The notes below the pieces were generated by a model. That model was not told the DNA's origin. It was given only the letters and a program-made list of their open reading frames with translations, and made no database searches. Positions 53,946-64,000 of a stretch of 64,000 nucleotides of DNA are shown here, piece by piece. The DNA is from Octopus sinensis. Its lineage: Eukaryota. Each line of letters opens with the position of its first letter. Position 1 is the first letter of the stretch. The stretch covers positions 43,028,001 through 43,092,000 of the forward strand of contig NC_043005.1 in the NCBI RefSeq assembly GCF_006345805.1, written 5' to 3'. A program made the position numbers and the translations under genes.

Positions 53946-54547
53946 TTGATCGCAAACAGTTTATGTTAAAACAAATGCGCGAAAAAAAGGTGATTAAGAC
54001 CAGGAAAATAAGATCAGCAGAAGCGATTAAATTTCCGTCCAGTTATTTTTTCAAGGAAGGATATATTGGTGACAGATTTATAGAATGGGGTATCAGGAGT
54101 AACTAGTTGATAATGAAGAAGAAGAATTTTTCTAAGGGATCCAAAGAGAAAAGCTTCTATTCGGTTGCTCATCCTCTTAGAATAGCAGGAAAATTTTTCC
54201 TTCAGACTATATATATACTCTGCCGTCTTGCGAAAATGGACACATTAGATGCGTTGTCAAAGATAAAGCTATTCTTCAAAATAGATGGGATTGTCACGCT
54301 GGAATAAATTTGCTTGTTCAGCACTTAATCTAGGGATAAATAACAAAAAACTACTTGATGTTGAAGTACAGAAACGTAGAGAGGATGGTGGTAACTTAGA
54401 AAGGGATGAGGAAATATTTCTTGTATATTTAGCGACTGAAGCAAATCATGATTTAAAAAAAAAATTTTTTTTTACTTTACACAGAAAATGAGAACGGCCA
54501 TTAAAACATTACATAGAAAAACTATAAACATATTAATACTACTATTC

Positions 54548-54745
54548 CAAGATTAAGTTTCTTTATTGGCCACACAAGGCTGCACACAGATGGGACAAAT
54601 TATAAGGTAGAGCTTTTCTTTTGGGGGATGAAAAAAAAAACAAAAAAACAAAAAAAAAGTGGCGTAGGTTTTCGATCAAAAGGGATCGTAAAAGGTAAAA
54701 AATAAAAAAAGGAAAACTGAGAAGCAAAGTGGTGAAATAGAATAG
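54548..54745 (-). mobile_element. Probable L1/Tx1-like 3' UTR fragment
   Basis: U-rich tract ending ...GTGTGGCCAATAAAGAAAC with an AATAAA signal on the minus strand. Family call is from recall only. Confidence 0.3.
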
Positions 54746-55331
54746 CAATACCTAGAAAAAACTTAATAAAATTATCTTATACTGGGAACGAATTTTAAAG
54801 ATTTAAAATTCGTTCCCAATATACGATAATTTTATTTTGAAGAAGAACGACTTCTTCAGAAATTCAGATGGATCAAGCAGCAATGTTTCATCCAAGATAA
54901 GTAACATTCTCAAAAAAATCCTAATACGAAGCCGTATTCTCTAAGCTCATTAAAAGAATTTTTCAATGTTCGCCCTCCGGAGATTTTTAACTTGGACAAG
55001 AATCTCCGTACACAAGTCACTCATACACTTAGCTTTCATAAAAGTTATAGCAGACAATAAAATATATTGATTTCAAATTTTGGTACAAAGCCAGCAGTGT
55101 CAGGGTGGTGAGTTAGTCGAATACATTGACCCAGTGTTCAACTGATTCTATCGACCCCGAAAATATGAGCAGCGGAATTTGAACTCAGAACAAGAAGACA
55201 GGCGAAACGTCGGTAAGCATTTCGCACGGTGTGCTAACGATTCTCCCAGCTTGCCGCCTTAGACTATAAGGTATGTAAATTTCTGATATAGACTCACAGT
55301 CAGATTTGAAGAAAGGATATAACCGATTGAA

Positions 55332-55720
55332 GTGGAGGCGCAATGGCCCAGTGGTTAGGGCAGCGGACTCGCGGTCGTAGGATCGCGGTTTCGATTCCCA
55401 GACCGGGCGTTGTGAGTGTTTATTGAGCGAAAACACCTAAAGCTCCACGAGGCTCCGGCAGGGGATGGTGGTGATCCCTGCTGTACTCTTTCACCACAAC
55501 TTTCTCTCACTCTTTCTTCCTGTTTCTGTTGTACCTGTATTTCAAAGGGCCGGCCTTGTCACTCTCTATGTCACGCTGAATATCCCCGAGAACTACATTA
55601 AGGGTAAATGTGTCTGCGGAGTGCTCAGCCACTTACACGTTAATTTCACGAGCAGGCTGTTCCGTTGATTCGGATCAACCGGAACCCTCGTCGTCGTAAC
55701 CGACGGAGTGCTTCCATTCC
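55332..55720 (+). mobile_element. Full-length young SINE family C
   Basis: A/B boxes; perfect 13 bp TSD ATAACCGATTGAA (55319-55331, 55721-55733). Confidence 0.95.
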
Positions 55721-55919
55721 ATAACCGATTGAAATCGACTCCAGTCTTTGTCAGATATTGTATGTTATCGTCCTCGGAATGATGAATAACTTCGCTGGAA
55801 TATGACCTAAAAACTGCAAGGCATTTTCTCCAACGCTCTACAGAATTATATTGATATCAACTCAAATCTAGTATCAGATGTTTACCACACAACATTCGAT
55901 AATGATACGAAACTGTTCA

Positions 55920-56250
55920 AGTATCCGTTATAAATATGAATGCTACAAAACATCTGACAGTCTTAAAGTAGGTCAATTGTAGAAATTCACAAACGAGGAA
56001 GCAGAGTAAAACCAAGTAATTCCTCACACATATTTCAAGGAATACTTGGAAAAATTTATTAGTTCTTTGATAAGCAATAATTTCTTCATCGATATTTAAC
56101 ATGGTTTTTGTTGTGGAGACGTAGCTGTTTCCCGCCTCATTCAGAATTTTCTCGAGATACTGACGAGATATTTTGGTAGGCGTATTAACTGGCTTTAATG
56201 AGACGTTGCCAAGCCATTCACAACTATGATATAGTGGTATCATAGGACAA
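55920..56250 (-). pseudogene. Probable piggyBac transposase fragment
   Basis: ISRQYLEKILNEAGNSYVSTTKTMLNIDEEIIAYQ resembles the piggyBac IRPL.D.LN..F..Y.P...LSIDESMIPY segment containing the first catalytic Asp. Confidence 0.45.
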
Positions 56251-56720
56251 TTAGATTCCAGATTCTCTGAGTCTAAATGACAACCATCAAATGTGCACGG
56301 TAAAATAACTTGTAGCTAGTAGAAATCTACAAGATACTGCTCTCAGACCTTTCTTTTCAGCTTCATGTTGAGACATGGCTGGAGAAGTTCAGCCCAATTA
56401 GTGATCTCCGCGAAGTAAGGTATCACTTGAAAGTAACAGCTTTTGATGTTAAGACTAGTATATATTTATGAAACGGAATGGAATAATATTATGAACTTAA
56501 CAAAATTCTTTACTTTTATTATATGAAAAAAGGAGTCTGTACTTAACTTTGAAGAACGCACAATTTCCACCAGAATCAGTCGCGATTTGCGAATTGAAAT
56601 ATCTTTTGATATATCCTTTTTGTCACGCATTCACTGTTTAACATCTAAGTGACATAGCATAACAAGCAATAAATGAGAGATTGTAAGCAGAATTACTGTT
56701 TACAATTCTGACATCCTAAT

Positions 56721-57139
56721 ACTCTTTCTCTCTTTCTCTCTTTTACTTGTTTCAGTCATTTGACTGCGGCCATGCTGGAGCACCGCCTTCTAGTCGAGTA
56801 AATCGACCCCAGGACTTATTCTTTGTAAGCCTAGTACTTATTCTATCAGTCCCTTTTGCTGAACCGCTAAGTTACGGGGACGTAAACACACCAGCATCGG
56901 TTGTCAAGCAATGGTGGGGGGGGGGCAAACACAGACACACAAACATATACACACATACATATATATACATATATACGACGAGCTTCTTCCAGTTTCCATC
57001 TAATAAATCCACTCACAAGGCTTTGGTCGGCCCGAGGCTATAGCAGAAGACACTTTGCCCAAGGTGCCACGCAGTGGGAATGAACCCGGAACCATGTGGT
57101 TGGTAAGCAAGCTACTTACCACACAACCACTCCTGCGCC
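56721..57139 (-). mobile_element. Full-length SINE family A
   Basis: Reverse complement of 57306-57720. Confidence 0.93.
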
Positions 57140-57305
57140 TAGAGAAAACTATAAAGAAAGGCTACAGTCGTCTTTCGCCGAGAAAACCACACGTGTACTC
57201 AAATATGTGTTAAATACTAAGATATAGATGTGGTGAAGAGATTGATCTGAAATGATATCACATGCGGTCGAGCTTTTTTAACACCGGGAAATGTTTCTTA
57301 CACAC

Positions 57306-57720
57306 GCGCAGGAGTGGCTGTGTGGTAAGTAGCTTGCTTACCAACCACATGGTTCCGGGTTCAGTCCCACTGCGTGACATCTTGGGCAAGTGTCTTCTAC
57401 TATAGCCTCGGGCCAACCAAAGCCTTGTGAGTGGATTTGGTAGACGGAAACTGAAAGAAGCCCGTCGTATATATGTATATATATATATATATGCTTGTGT
57501 GTTTGTGTGTCTGTGTTTGTCGCCCTAGCATTGTTTGACAACCGATGCTGGTGTGTTTATGTCCCCGTTACTTAGCGGTTCGGTAAAAGAGACCGATAGA
57601 ATAAGTACTGGGCTTACAAAGAATAAGTCCCGGGGTCGAGTTGCTCGATTAAAAGGCGGTGCTCCAGCATGGCCGAAGTCAAATGACTGAAACAAGTAAA
57701 AGAGTAAAAGAGTAAAAGAG
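57306..57720 (+). mobile_element. Full-length SINE family A
   Basis: Head through (AAAAGAGT)n tail. Confidence 0.93.
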
Positions 57721-57920
57721 TATACATATAACAATGTTTTTTTTTGAAACTTTTTGTCTATTTTTAATGGGCAAAAAGTTACAAAAGTTACTCAAGGCCA
57801 GAAAGTTTCGCTCATGCCCACACTGTCCTTTATTTTCTATTTCTGCTGATTGTTCTACCTACACATTGTGTGTGCGTGTGTGTGCGTGTGTGTGTATATA
57901 TACGTACGTTTTATCAAACG

Positions 57921-58307
57921 GGGGAAGCACTCCGTCGGTTACGACGATGAGGGTTCCGGTTGATCCGAATCAACGGAAGAGCCTGCTCGTGAAATTAACG
58001 TGTAAGTGGCTGAGCACTCCACAGACACGTGCACCCTTAACGTAGTTCTCGGGAATATTCAGCGTGACACAGAGAGTGACAAGGCCAGCCACTTGAAATA
58101 CAGGTACAACAGAAACAGGATGTAAGAGTGAGAGAAAGTTGTGGTGAAAGAGTACAGCAGGGATCACCACCATCCCCTGCCGGAGCGTCGTGGAGCTTTT
58201 AGGTGTTTTCGCTCAATAAACACTCACAACGCCCGGTCTGGGAATCGAAACCGCGATCCTACGACCGCGAGTCCGCTGCCCTAACCACTGGGCCATTGCG
58301 CCTCCAC
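57921..58307 (-). mobile_element. Full-length young SINE family C
   Basis: 11 bp TSD TTTATCAAACG (57910-57920, 58308-58318); highly similar to 55332-55720. Confidence 0.95.
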
Positions 58308-58445
58308 TTTATCAAACGATCCATAAAACTGACGGCTACATCTGTAAACTTGCAGCCCAGCTGACTTTACTGTAACGATAGCAAGCTTCTGAATAACCGA
58401 TCATCTATTTACAGTATGCGTCGGGTCGCTCATTGATATCTAGAA

Positions 58446-59001
58446 CAATAGTTCCCAATTGATGATGACGATGGCAATCCCTCAAGGTCGAGGATGATGG
58501 TCTTCGCGCAAATTTACTGGTGAGTCCGTAGGTGACCGATAAGACCAATTCTTGCTTGAAAAGATCGGTCGCAGTGCGGAAATCTAGTGCCAGAAGGGAG
58601 AGTCGCACGTGGTTGTTGTTGGCGCTCCTTCCGTCGTCGTCTTAGTCGCACGTGGTTGTTGTTGGCGCTCCTTCCGTCGTCGTCTTAGTCGCACGTGGTT
58701 GTTGTTGGCGCTCCTTCCGTCAGTTCCCAATTGGGGTTCGTGTGACCCTTGGGGGGGGGTCTATATAAAGCTGCTTTTTTTTTTACTTTTCTTTTGTTAA
58801 AATTTATGTGCAATAAATTGCTTACATTTCTTCAATACACCAAATATCTTAATTTTTTTATGCAGTTTCTAATAATATTTAATACTAAAAACATTATAGG
58901 ATTTTTTTTTAAAAACATCGAGTGACTATGAGAGTCCACCCAAGTAAAACTAAACTCAAACAGGCCCATAAGTTTAAAAAAAAAATGGTTGAGAGCCACT
59001 G
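58446..59001. mobile_element. hAT (Charlie-like) MITE hosting an RTE insertion
   Basis: Ends CAATAGTTCCCAA / TTGAGAGCCACTG; flanks ATCTAGAA / GTCTAGAC (NTCTAGAN target). Confidence 0.75.
58462..58721 (-). mobile_element. 5'-truncated RTE-clade LINE 3' end
   Basis: KRRRRKERQQQPRATLPSGTRFPHCDRSFQARIGLIGHLRTHQ* (RTE C-terminal zinc-knuckle motif); 12 bp TSD AGTTCCCAATTG (58450-58461, 58722-58733). Confidence 0.92.
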
Positions 59002-59424
59002 GTCTAGACTAGAACGTCACTTTTATACTGACACTTTCACTGACAAGCAACATCCTGGTTGTTTAGATACAACCATCGAGTGACGAGAACTAAGGAAGGC
59101 AAGCGGCGTGAGTACGCTCTTATATTAGGCAGAAATCTGTGAACCGGTGTTAATGAAAATATTTAATCACGTCTTTAAACCAAGGAAGGTTGTCTTTTTT
59201 TTTAATGAACAGCATCGTAGTAGAGACTATGAAGCGACGAGTGAAGTAGCCTCTACGACATGGTGTAAGGCTGAATTAGTTTGTAATCGTTCGGGGTAAA
59301 GAACGATGATCCCATTCTCTCTTTTAAAATGCATGTAAATGCAAACTCTAAATACAGTTCATAGAAGATATATATGTACAATTTATTAATCATCTCTCTA
59401 TTTTCTTATCTCATTATATACATA

Positions 59425-59841
59425 GGCGCAGGAGTGGCTGTGTGGTAAGTAGCTTGCTAACCAACCACATGGTTCCGGGTTCAGTCTCACTGCATGGCAC
59501 CTTGGGCATGTGTCTTCTACTATGGCCTCGGGCCGACCAATGCCTTGTAAGTGGATTTGGTAGACGGAAACTGAAAGAAGCCTGTCGTATATATGTATAT
59601 ATATATATATGTGTGTATATGTGTTTGTGTGTCTGTGTTTGTCCCCCTAGCATTGCTTGACAACCGATGCTGGTGTGTTTACGTCCCCGTCACTTAGCGG
59701 TTCGGCAAAAGAGACCGATAGAATAAGTACTGGGCTTACAAAGAATAAGTCCTGGGGTCGATTTGCTCGACTAAAGGCGGTGCTCCAGCATGACCACAGT
59801 CAAATGACTGAAACAAGTAAAAGAGTAAAAGAGTAAAAGAG
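59425..59841 (+). mobile_element. Full-length SINE family A
   Basis: Head to tail; ATACATA at both flanks. Confidence 0.93.
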
Positions 59842-59877
59842 AATACATATATATATATATTATATATATATCCCAAT

Positions 59878-60183
59878 TCAAGATCACAACATACATGTAC
59901 ACTGCAACATAATTTATTTTCCTCAACAGGCCCTGCCCTATTTAACATTGTCCCGAGGGAGATCAAAGAGGAAAAGGATCCCATCAAACGGAGTCTGGAT
60001 AGATTCCTTCAAAGAATACCAGATAAGCCACCCATAATTGGATACAACTCACCCAACAAGAACTCACTACTTGAACAAAACTTGACTTAAACAGGATTCG
60101 AATAATCCTATCAGGTGGTGCTATTAAGTTAAACATGGCCTGGACCAATCTTTGGTCGAAACATATGTAAGTTATCTAAGTTA
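59878..60183 (+). mobile_element. Second CR1/L2-group LINE 3' fragment
   Basis: TLQHNLFSSTGPALFNIVPREIKEEKDPIKRSLDRFLQRIPDKP...NKNSLLEQNLT* (stop 60088-60090), then a structured 3' UTR. Confidence 0.82.
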
Positions 60184-60239
60184 TATATATATATAATTTA
60201 TCAATTATCTTTGTATTTTCTTATATATATATATATATA

Positions 60240-60630
60240 CTTGTTTCACTCATTCGACTGCAGCCATGCTGGAGCACCGCCTTTAGTCGAGGAAGTCGAC
60301 CCCGGGACTTATTCTTTGTAAGCCCAGTACTTATTCTATCGGTCTATTTTGCCGAACCGCTAAGTTACGAGAACGTAAACACACCAGCATCGGTTGTCGA
60401 GCAATGCTAGGGAGACAAACACAGACACACAAACATACACACACACACATATATATATACATATATACGACGGGCTTCTTTCAGTTTCCGTCTACCAAAT
60501 CCACTCACAAAGCTTTAGTTGGCTCAAGGCTATAGTAGAAGACATTTGCCCAAGATGCCACGCAGTGGGGCTGAACCCGGAACCATGTGGTTGGTAAGTA
60601 AGTTACTTACCACACAGCAACTAATGCACC
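60240..60630 (-). mobile_element. SINE family A
   Basis: Reverse complement of 59425-59841. Confidence 0.9.
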
Positions 60631-60677
60631 TATTTTTTAATATATGTAATTTATTAATTATCTCTCTATTTTCTTAT

Positions 60678-60724
<47 letters not shown>

Positions 60725-61010
60725 GTGGCACTCCTTCGGTTACAACGACGGGTGTTCCAGTTGATCCGATCGACGGAACTACTCGTAAACATAGCGTGTA
60801 AGTGGCTGAGCAATCTACAAACAAGGGGAGATTCAGCGTGATGTAGTGGTGACAAGTCTGACCCTTCGAAATACAGGTACCACAGAAACAGGAAGAAAGA
60901 GTGAGAGGAAGTTGTGCTGATAGAGTACACCAGGGTTCGCCACCACCCCGTGCGGGAGCCTTGTGGAGCTTTAGATGTTTTCGCTCAATAAACGCACACA
61001 ACGCCCGGTT
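60725..61010 (-). mobile_element. Headless SINE family C
   Basis: Body and tail match 55390-55715; the tRNA head is absent and the element abuts a PLE RT fragment. Confidence 0.85.
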
Positions 61011-61012
61011 GG

Positions 61013-61490
61013 GGTCGCGCCGATACAGTCATCGATATAACGACCGTATAGTTCGAGAGTGGGACAAGTGAATTGTGAGAATATTTGGGCCTCAACGTAG
61101 TCGACGAACAGGCTCGCAGACAAAGAAGTGTGAAAGTGTCAGGTTGAGGGTCAGGTCGAAGGTCTAGAAAGTTTTTGCACGCAAGAAATCCTTCATTGTG
61201 TGGAATCACAGTATATAAACTTTTGATATTAAGTGTGAACAGAAATTTAGAGGGACCAGAAGGAAAGGAGAAAGATTTGATATGACGGAAAGCAAGGTAA
61301 GTGTCGTGGATGTGGGAGAGGAAGGAAGCCACTTGGGGATCAAGGATAAGATCGAGGTATTTCGAGATCATTTCTGTGGGGCAGTTGCAGGCGGAGACGA
61401 TGGGGCGGCCAGGTTTGTTGGGGCTGTGAATTTTGGGAAGGAAATAAATAGTTGGGGTGCGTGGAGTGCGGACAATGAGTTACGTGATAG
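61013..61490 (-). pseudogene. Penelope-like element reverse transcriptase fragment with YIDD
   Basis: TIYFLPKIHSPNKPGRPIVSACNCPTEMISKYLD...LFTLNIKSLYTVIPHNEG, then after an internal deletion SLFVDYVEAQIF...LYGRYIDDCIGAT (YIDD at 61028-61039). Confidence 0.92.
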
Positions 61491-62025
61491 GTGCAGGCAT
61501 GGTTGTGTGGTAAGAAGTTTGCTTCCCAACCCCATGGCTCTGGGTTCAATCCTAAAGCGTGTCATTTTGGGAAGTGTCTTCTAGTGTAACCTCGAGCCGA
61601 CCGAAGCTTTGTGAGTAGATTTGGTGGATGTTTTAACTTTAGAAATTCTCAGTTGCTTAATTATTTACCTGAAGAAAACCAGAACCTCATAGTTATGGCG
61701 CTGGTTGATAATTTCAAACATGATTTGGACGAGTTTCTCCCCCCTGTCTCTCATAATTGCTCATCTTTTATCTCTTATTTGCTTCGCTCATTAGACTGCG
61801 GCCATGCTGGTGCACCACCTTCAGAAATTTTTAGTCAAATGAATCGATTGCAGTACATTTATTTTAAGGCTGATACTTATTCTATCTATCTCTTTTGCCG
61901 AATCGCTAAATAACGGGGACATAAACATACCAACACCTGTTGTCAATCAGTGGTAGGGGACAGACACAAAGACAAACACGCGCGCGCTATGACCGCCGCC
62001 ACATAACTGAAATACATAAGAGTAT

Positions 62026-62060
<35 letters not shown>

Positions 62061-62091
62061 ACACACACACAACACACACACACACACACAC

Positions 62092-62160
<69 letters not shown>

Positions 62161-62298
62161 GCTATGAGAGGTAATGGTATCATTGAGACCCAAAGGTGTC
62201 AGGTAATGCTGAATAAGTGTAATAGATGGACAGCAGTTAAGTTCCAGGCTCGGTGATTATGCGAATAAGCGGTTCAACGTTGGTCATATGTCAGCGTG

Positions 62299-62444
62299 TA
62301 TATATAAAAGTTTAATTTCGTAATGAGATAAAAAAAAAAGACAAGGTTGTGTAGATTTTAGAACATTTATAGATAGAAGGTCTATCTATAAATATTCTAA
62401 AATATACACAGCCTTGGTTTTTGATCTCATTACGAAATAAAATT

Positions 62445-62450
<6 letters not shown>
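62299..62450. mobile_element. Palindromic (foldback) element of about 150 bp next to (TA)n
   Basis: 62299-62377 is an imperfect reverse complement of 62381-62450; one arm recurs at 11918-11975. Confidence 0.85.
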
Positions 62451-62477
<27 letters not shown>

Positions 62478-63764
62478 TTATAAATTAGGGTATCTACGAG
62501 ATACCACCATGCTGAAAATAACAGCCATAATCTGACTCTAAAATCACCTTAATTGTCCATATCACAACACGGAGAGAAAACAAAGAGACAAGGTGAAACT
62601 AGTAAAAAATTACTGGATAATTAGAACTGCTTTGCCTTGTCAGTAGAATACACACAGAAAAGAAATATATATATATATATATATACGACAGGTTTCTTTC
62701 AGTTTCTAACTACCAAATCCACGCACACGGCTTTGGTTCGGCTCGAGGTTACACAAGAATACACATGCCCAAAATTATATGCTTTAGGATTGAATTCGGA
62801 GCCATATCGTTGGGAAGCGAACTTCTTACCACGCAGCCACGCTACATGAAATTTAGAATTTCACTCTCATTACCTGGACTATGCATTAAACAATCTTGAT
62901 AATCACAGAGCGCTAACTTCTGGGGGAGTCCATATTGTGCAACCATATAAAAGCGCAGTTTCTATTGTTACTAGAAAGAAACTATTCTTAAATTCTATTT
63001 GGATTTTATTTCGAAGCACTCATCCATAATACATTTATTTTTCTCCGCTATTTTAAACAGGAATGTTCACTTTGTCATGATGCTTATCTTCTATGGCTGG
63101 ATATATTTCTTTGTTCTTTTAAGTCGGGAAAATCCTATGGCGGACGTCTGTTATGTCTGCATTCGGTAGAAGATTCAAGGTCCAGCATCAAGCAAAATTC
63201 CTTATAATGAAACGTTAAGTATATACACAATTTCAGACATATTTTTTTATATTTAAATGAGAGCAATCTTCTCTACAGATGCTACTGTTTAGCAACAACA
63301 TAATGTAATAGAAGACAGACCCTTAATATATATACGTACGTACTGATATATATATACGTACATACCAAAATATGCATGTATGTATGGTGTATGTATGTAT
63401 GTATGTATGTATGTATGTATATATGTAGCCATGTATGCATGTATTTTGTGCACAATTTTTTTTTAGATTTATTTAAAGAATGCTTTTGGAGAACTGAAGC
63501 CAGCCGCTAACAAATTGACAAGGGTCCTTTGTTTGAATCAAGGCAGATAATGGACGTACATATCTCTTTTAGTAGACGTACGTGCGCGCGTGTGTGCGCG
63601 TACGGGTGTAATTATTTATTATATATCTATGTATAAGCCTAACTGTACCATGTGCACATATGAATGGCATGTGTATGCATGTGTATGTGTGTGTATATAT
63701 ATATATATTGATGTATGCGAGCATGTATGATTCACTTCATAGAAATGATTAATGTCGTAACTAG

Positions 63765-63842
63765 ATACATACATACATACATACATACATACATACATAC
63801 ATACATACATACATACATACATACATACATACGTACATACAT
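63765..63842. repeat. (TACA)n microsatellite
   Basis: Direct. Confidence 0.95.
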
Positions 63843-64000
63843 AAATTTAATCGGTTTTAACCATTATGAGCTCAGGCTATGCCTAATCTTTCAAGTTATA
63901 TTTTGGGACGCAATATCTCACGCATGTAATGAGTAGTTGGTTACTGAAATGTATTTCGAAGGTCAGTGGTTTGACTCGTGCTCTTTCTACCAAAGATGAG

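Noticed and set aside
53668-53955. Ala/Val-rich and Ser/Asn-rich ORFs
   Set aside because: Cryptic trinucleotide repeats; upstream stops and no convincing splice sites.
53924-54491. Three consecutive 60-68 aa plus-strand ORFs
   Set aside because: Possibly a decayed element, but no domain motif could be recognised.
55332-55400. tRNA gene calls at SINE heads
   Set aside because: A/B boxes are present but acceptor-stem pairing is lost, and each head is followed by a repeat body and tail with TSDs. These are SINEs, not tRNAs.
58601-58721. 43 bp direct repeats as a CRISPR-like array
   Set aside because: No spacers; contiguous tandem copies of RTE coding sequence in a eukaryotic context.
60143-60168. 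GACCA/TGGTC stem followed by GAAAC as a hammerhead
   Set aside because: No CUGANGA upstream; better explained as the LINE 3' recognition stem-loop.

Overview
AT-rich, non-genic-looking eukaryotic DNA saturated with microsatellites, tRNA-headed SINEs, MITEs and decayed transposons. The SINE families and microsatellite load look like an Octopus (coleoid cephalopod) genome; this is pattern recognition, not a database result. No intact gene, rRNA, tRNA or CRISPR array is supportable, and most ORFs in the track are microsatellite or antisense artefacts. Recognisable coding remnants: Penelope-like (PLE) RT with YIDD (61.0-61.5 kb) and two GIY-YIG fragments (12.8-13.3, 33.6-34.0 kb), a hAT transposase (43.4-44.2 kb), two DD37D/maT transposases (36.5-36.9, 48.05-48.3 kb), two CR1/L2-like LINE 3' ends, an RTE 3' end and a probable piggyBac fragment. 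A few unique GC-richer blocks (6.4, 23.3, 48.7, 51.9 kb) may be exons of an unidentified large-intron gene; strand is unresolved. Most interesting signals: (1) five minimal hammerhead-ribozyme-like motifs on short microsatellite-embedded elements, a PLE tail and a tRNA-headed SINE, suggesting a PLE-driven retrozyme-like system; (2) a structurally conserved 3' tail shared by two LINEs and the dominant SINE; (3) several long foldbacks and inverted SINE pairs that would be dsRNA/ADAR substrates if transcribed.
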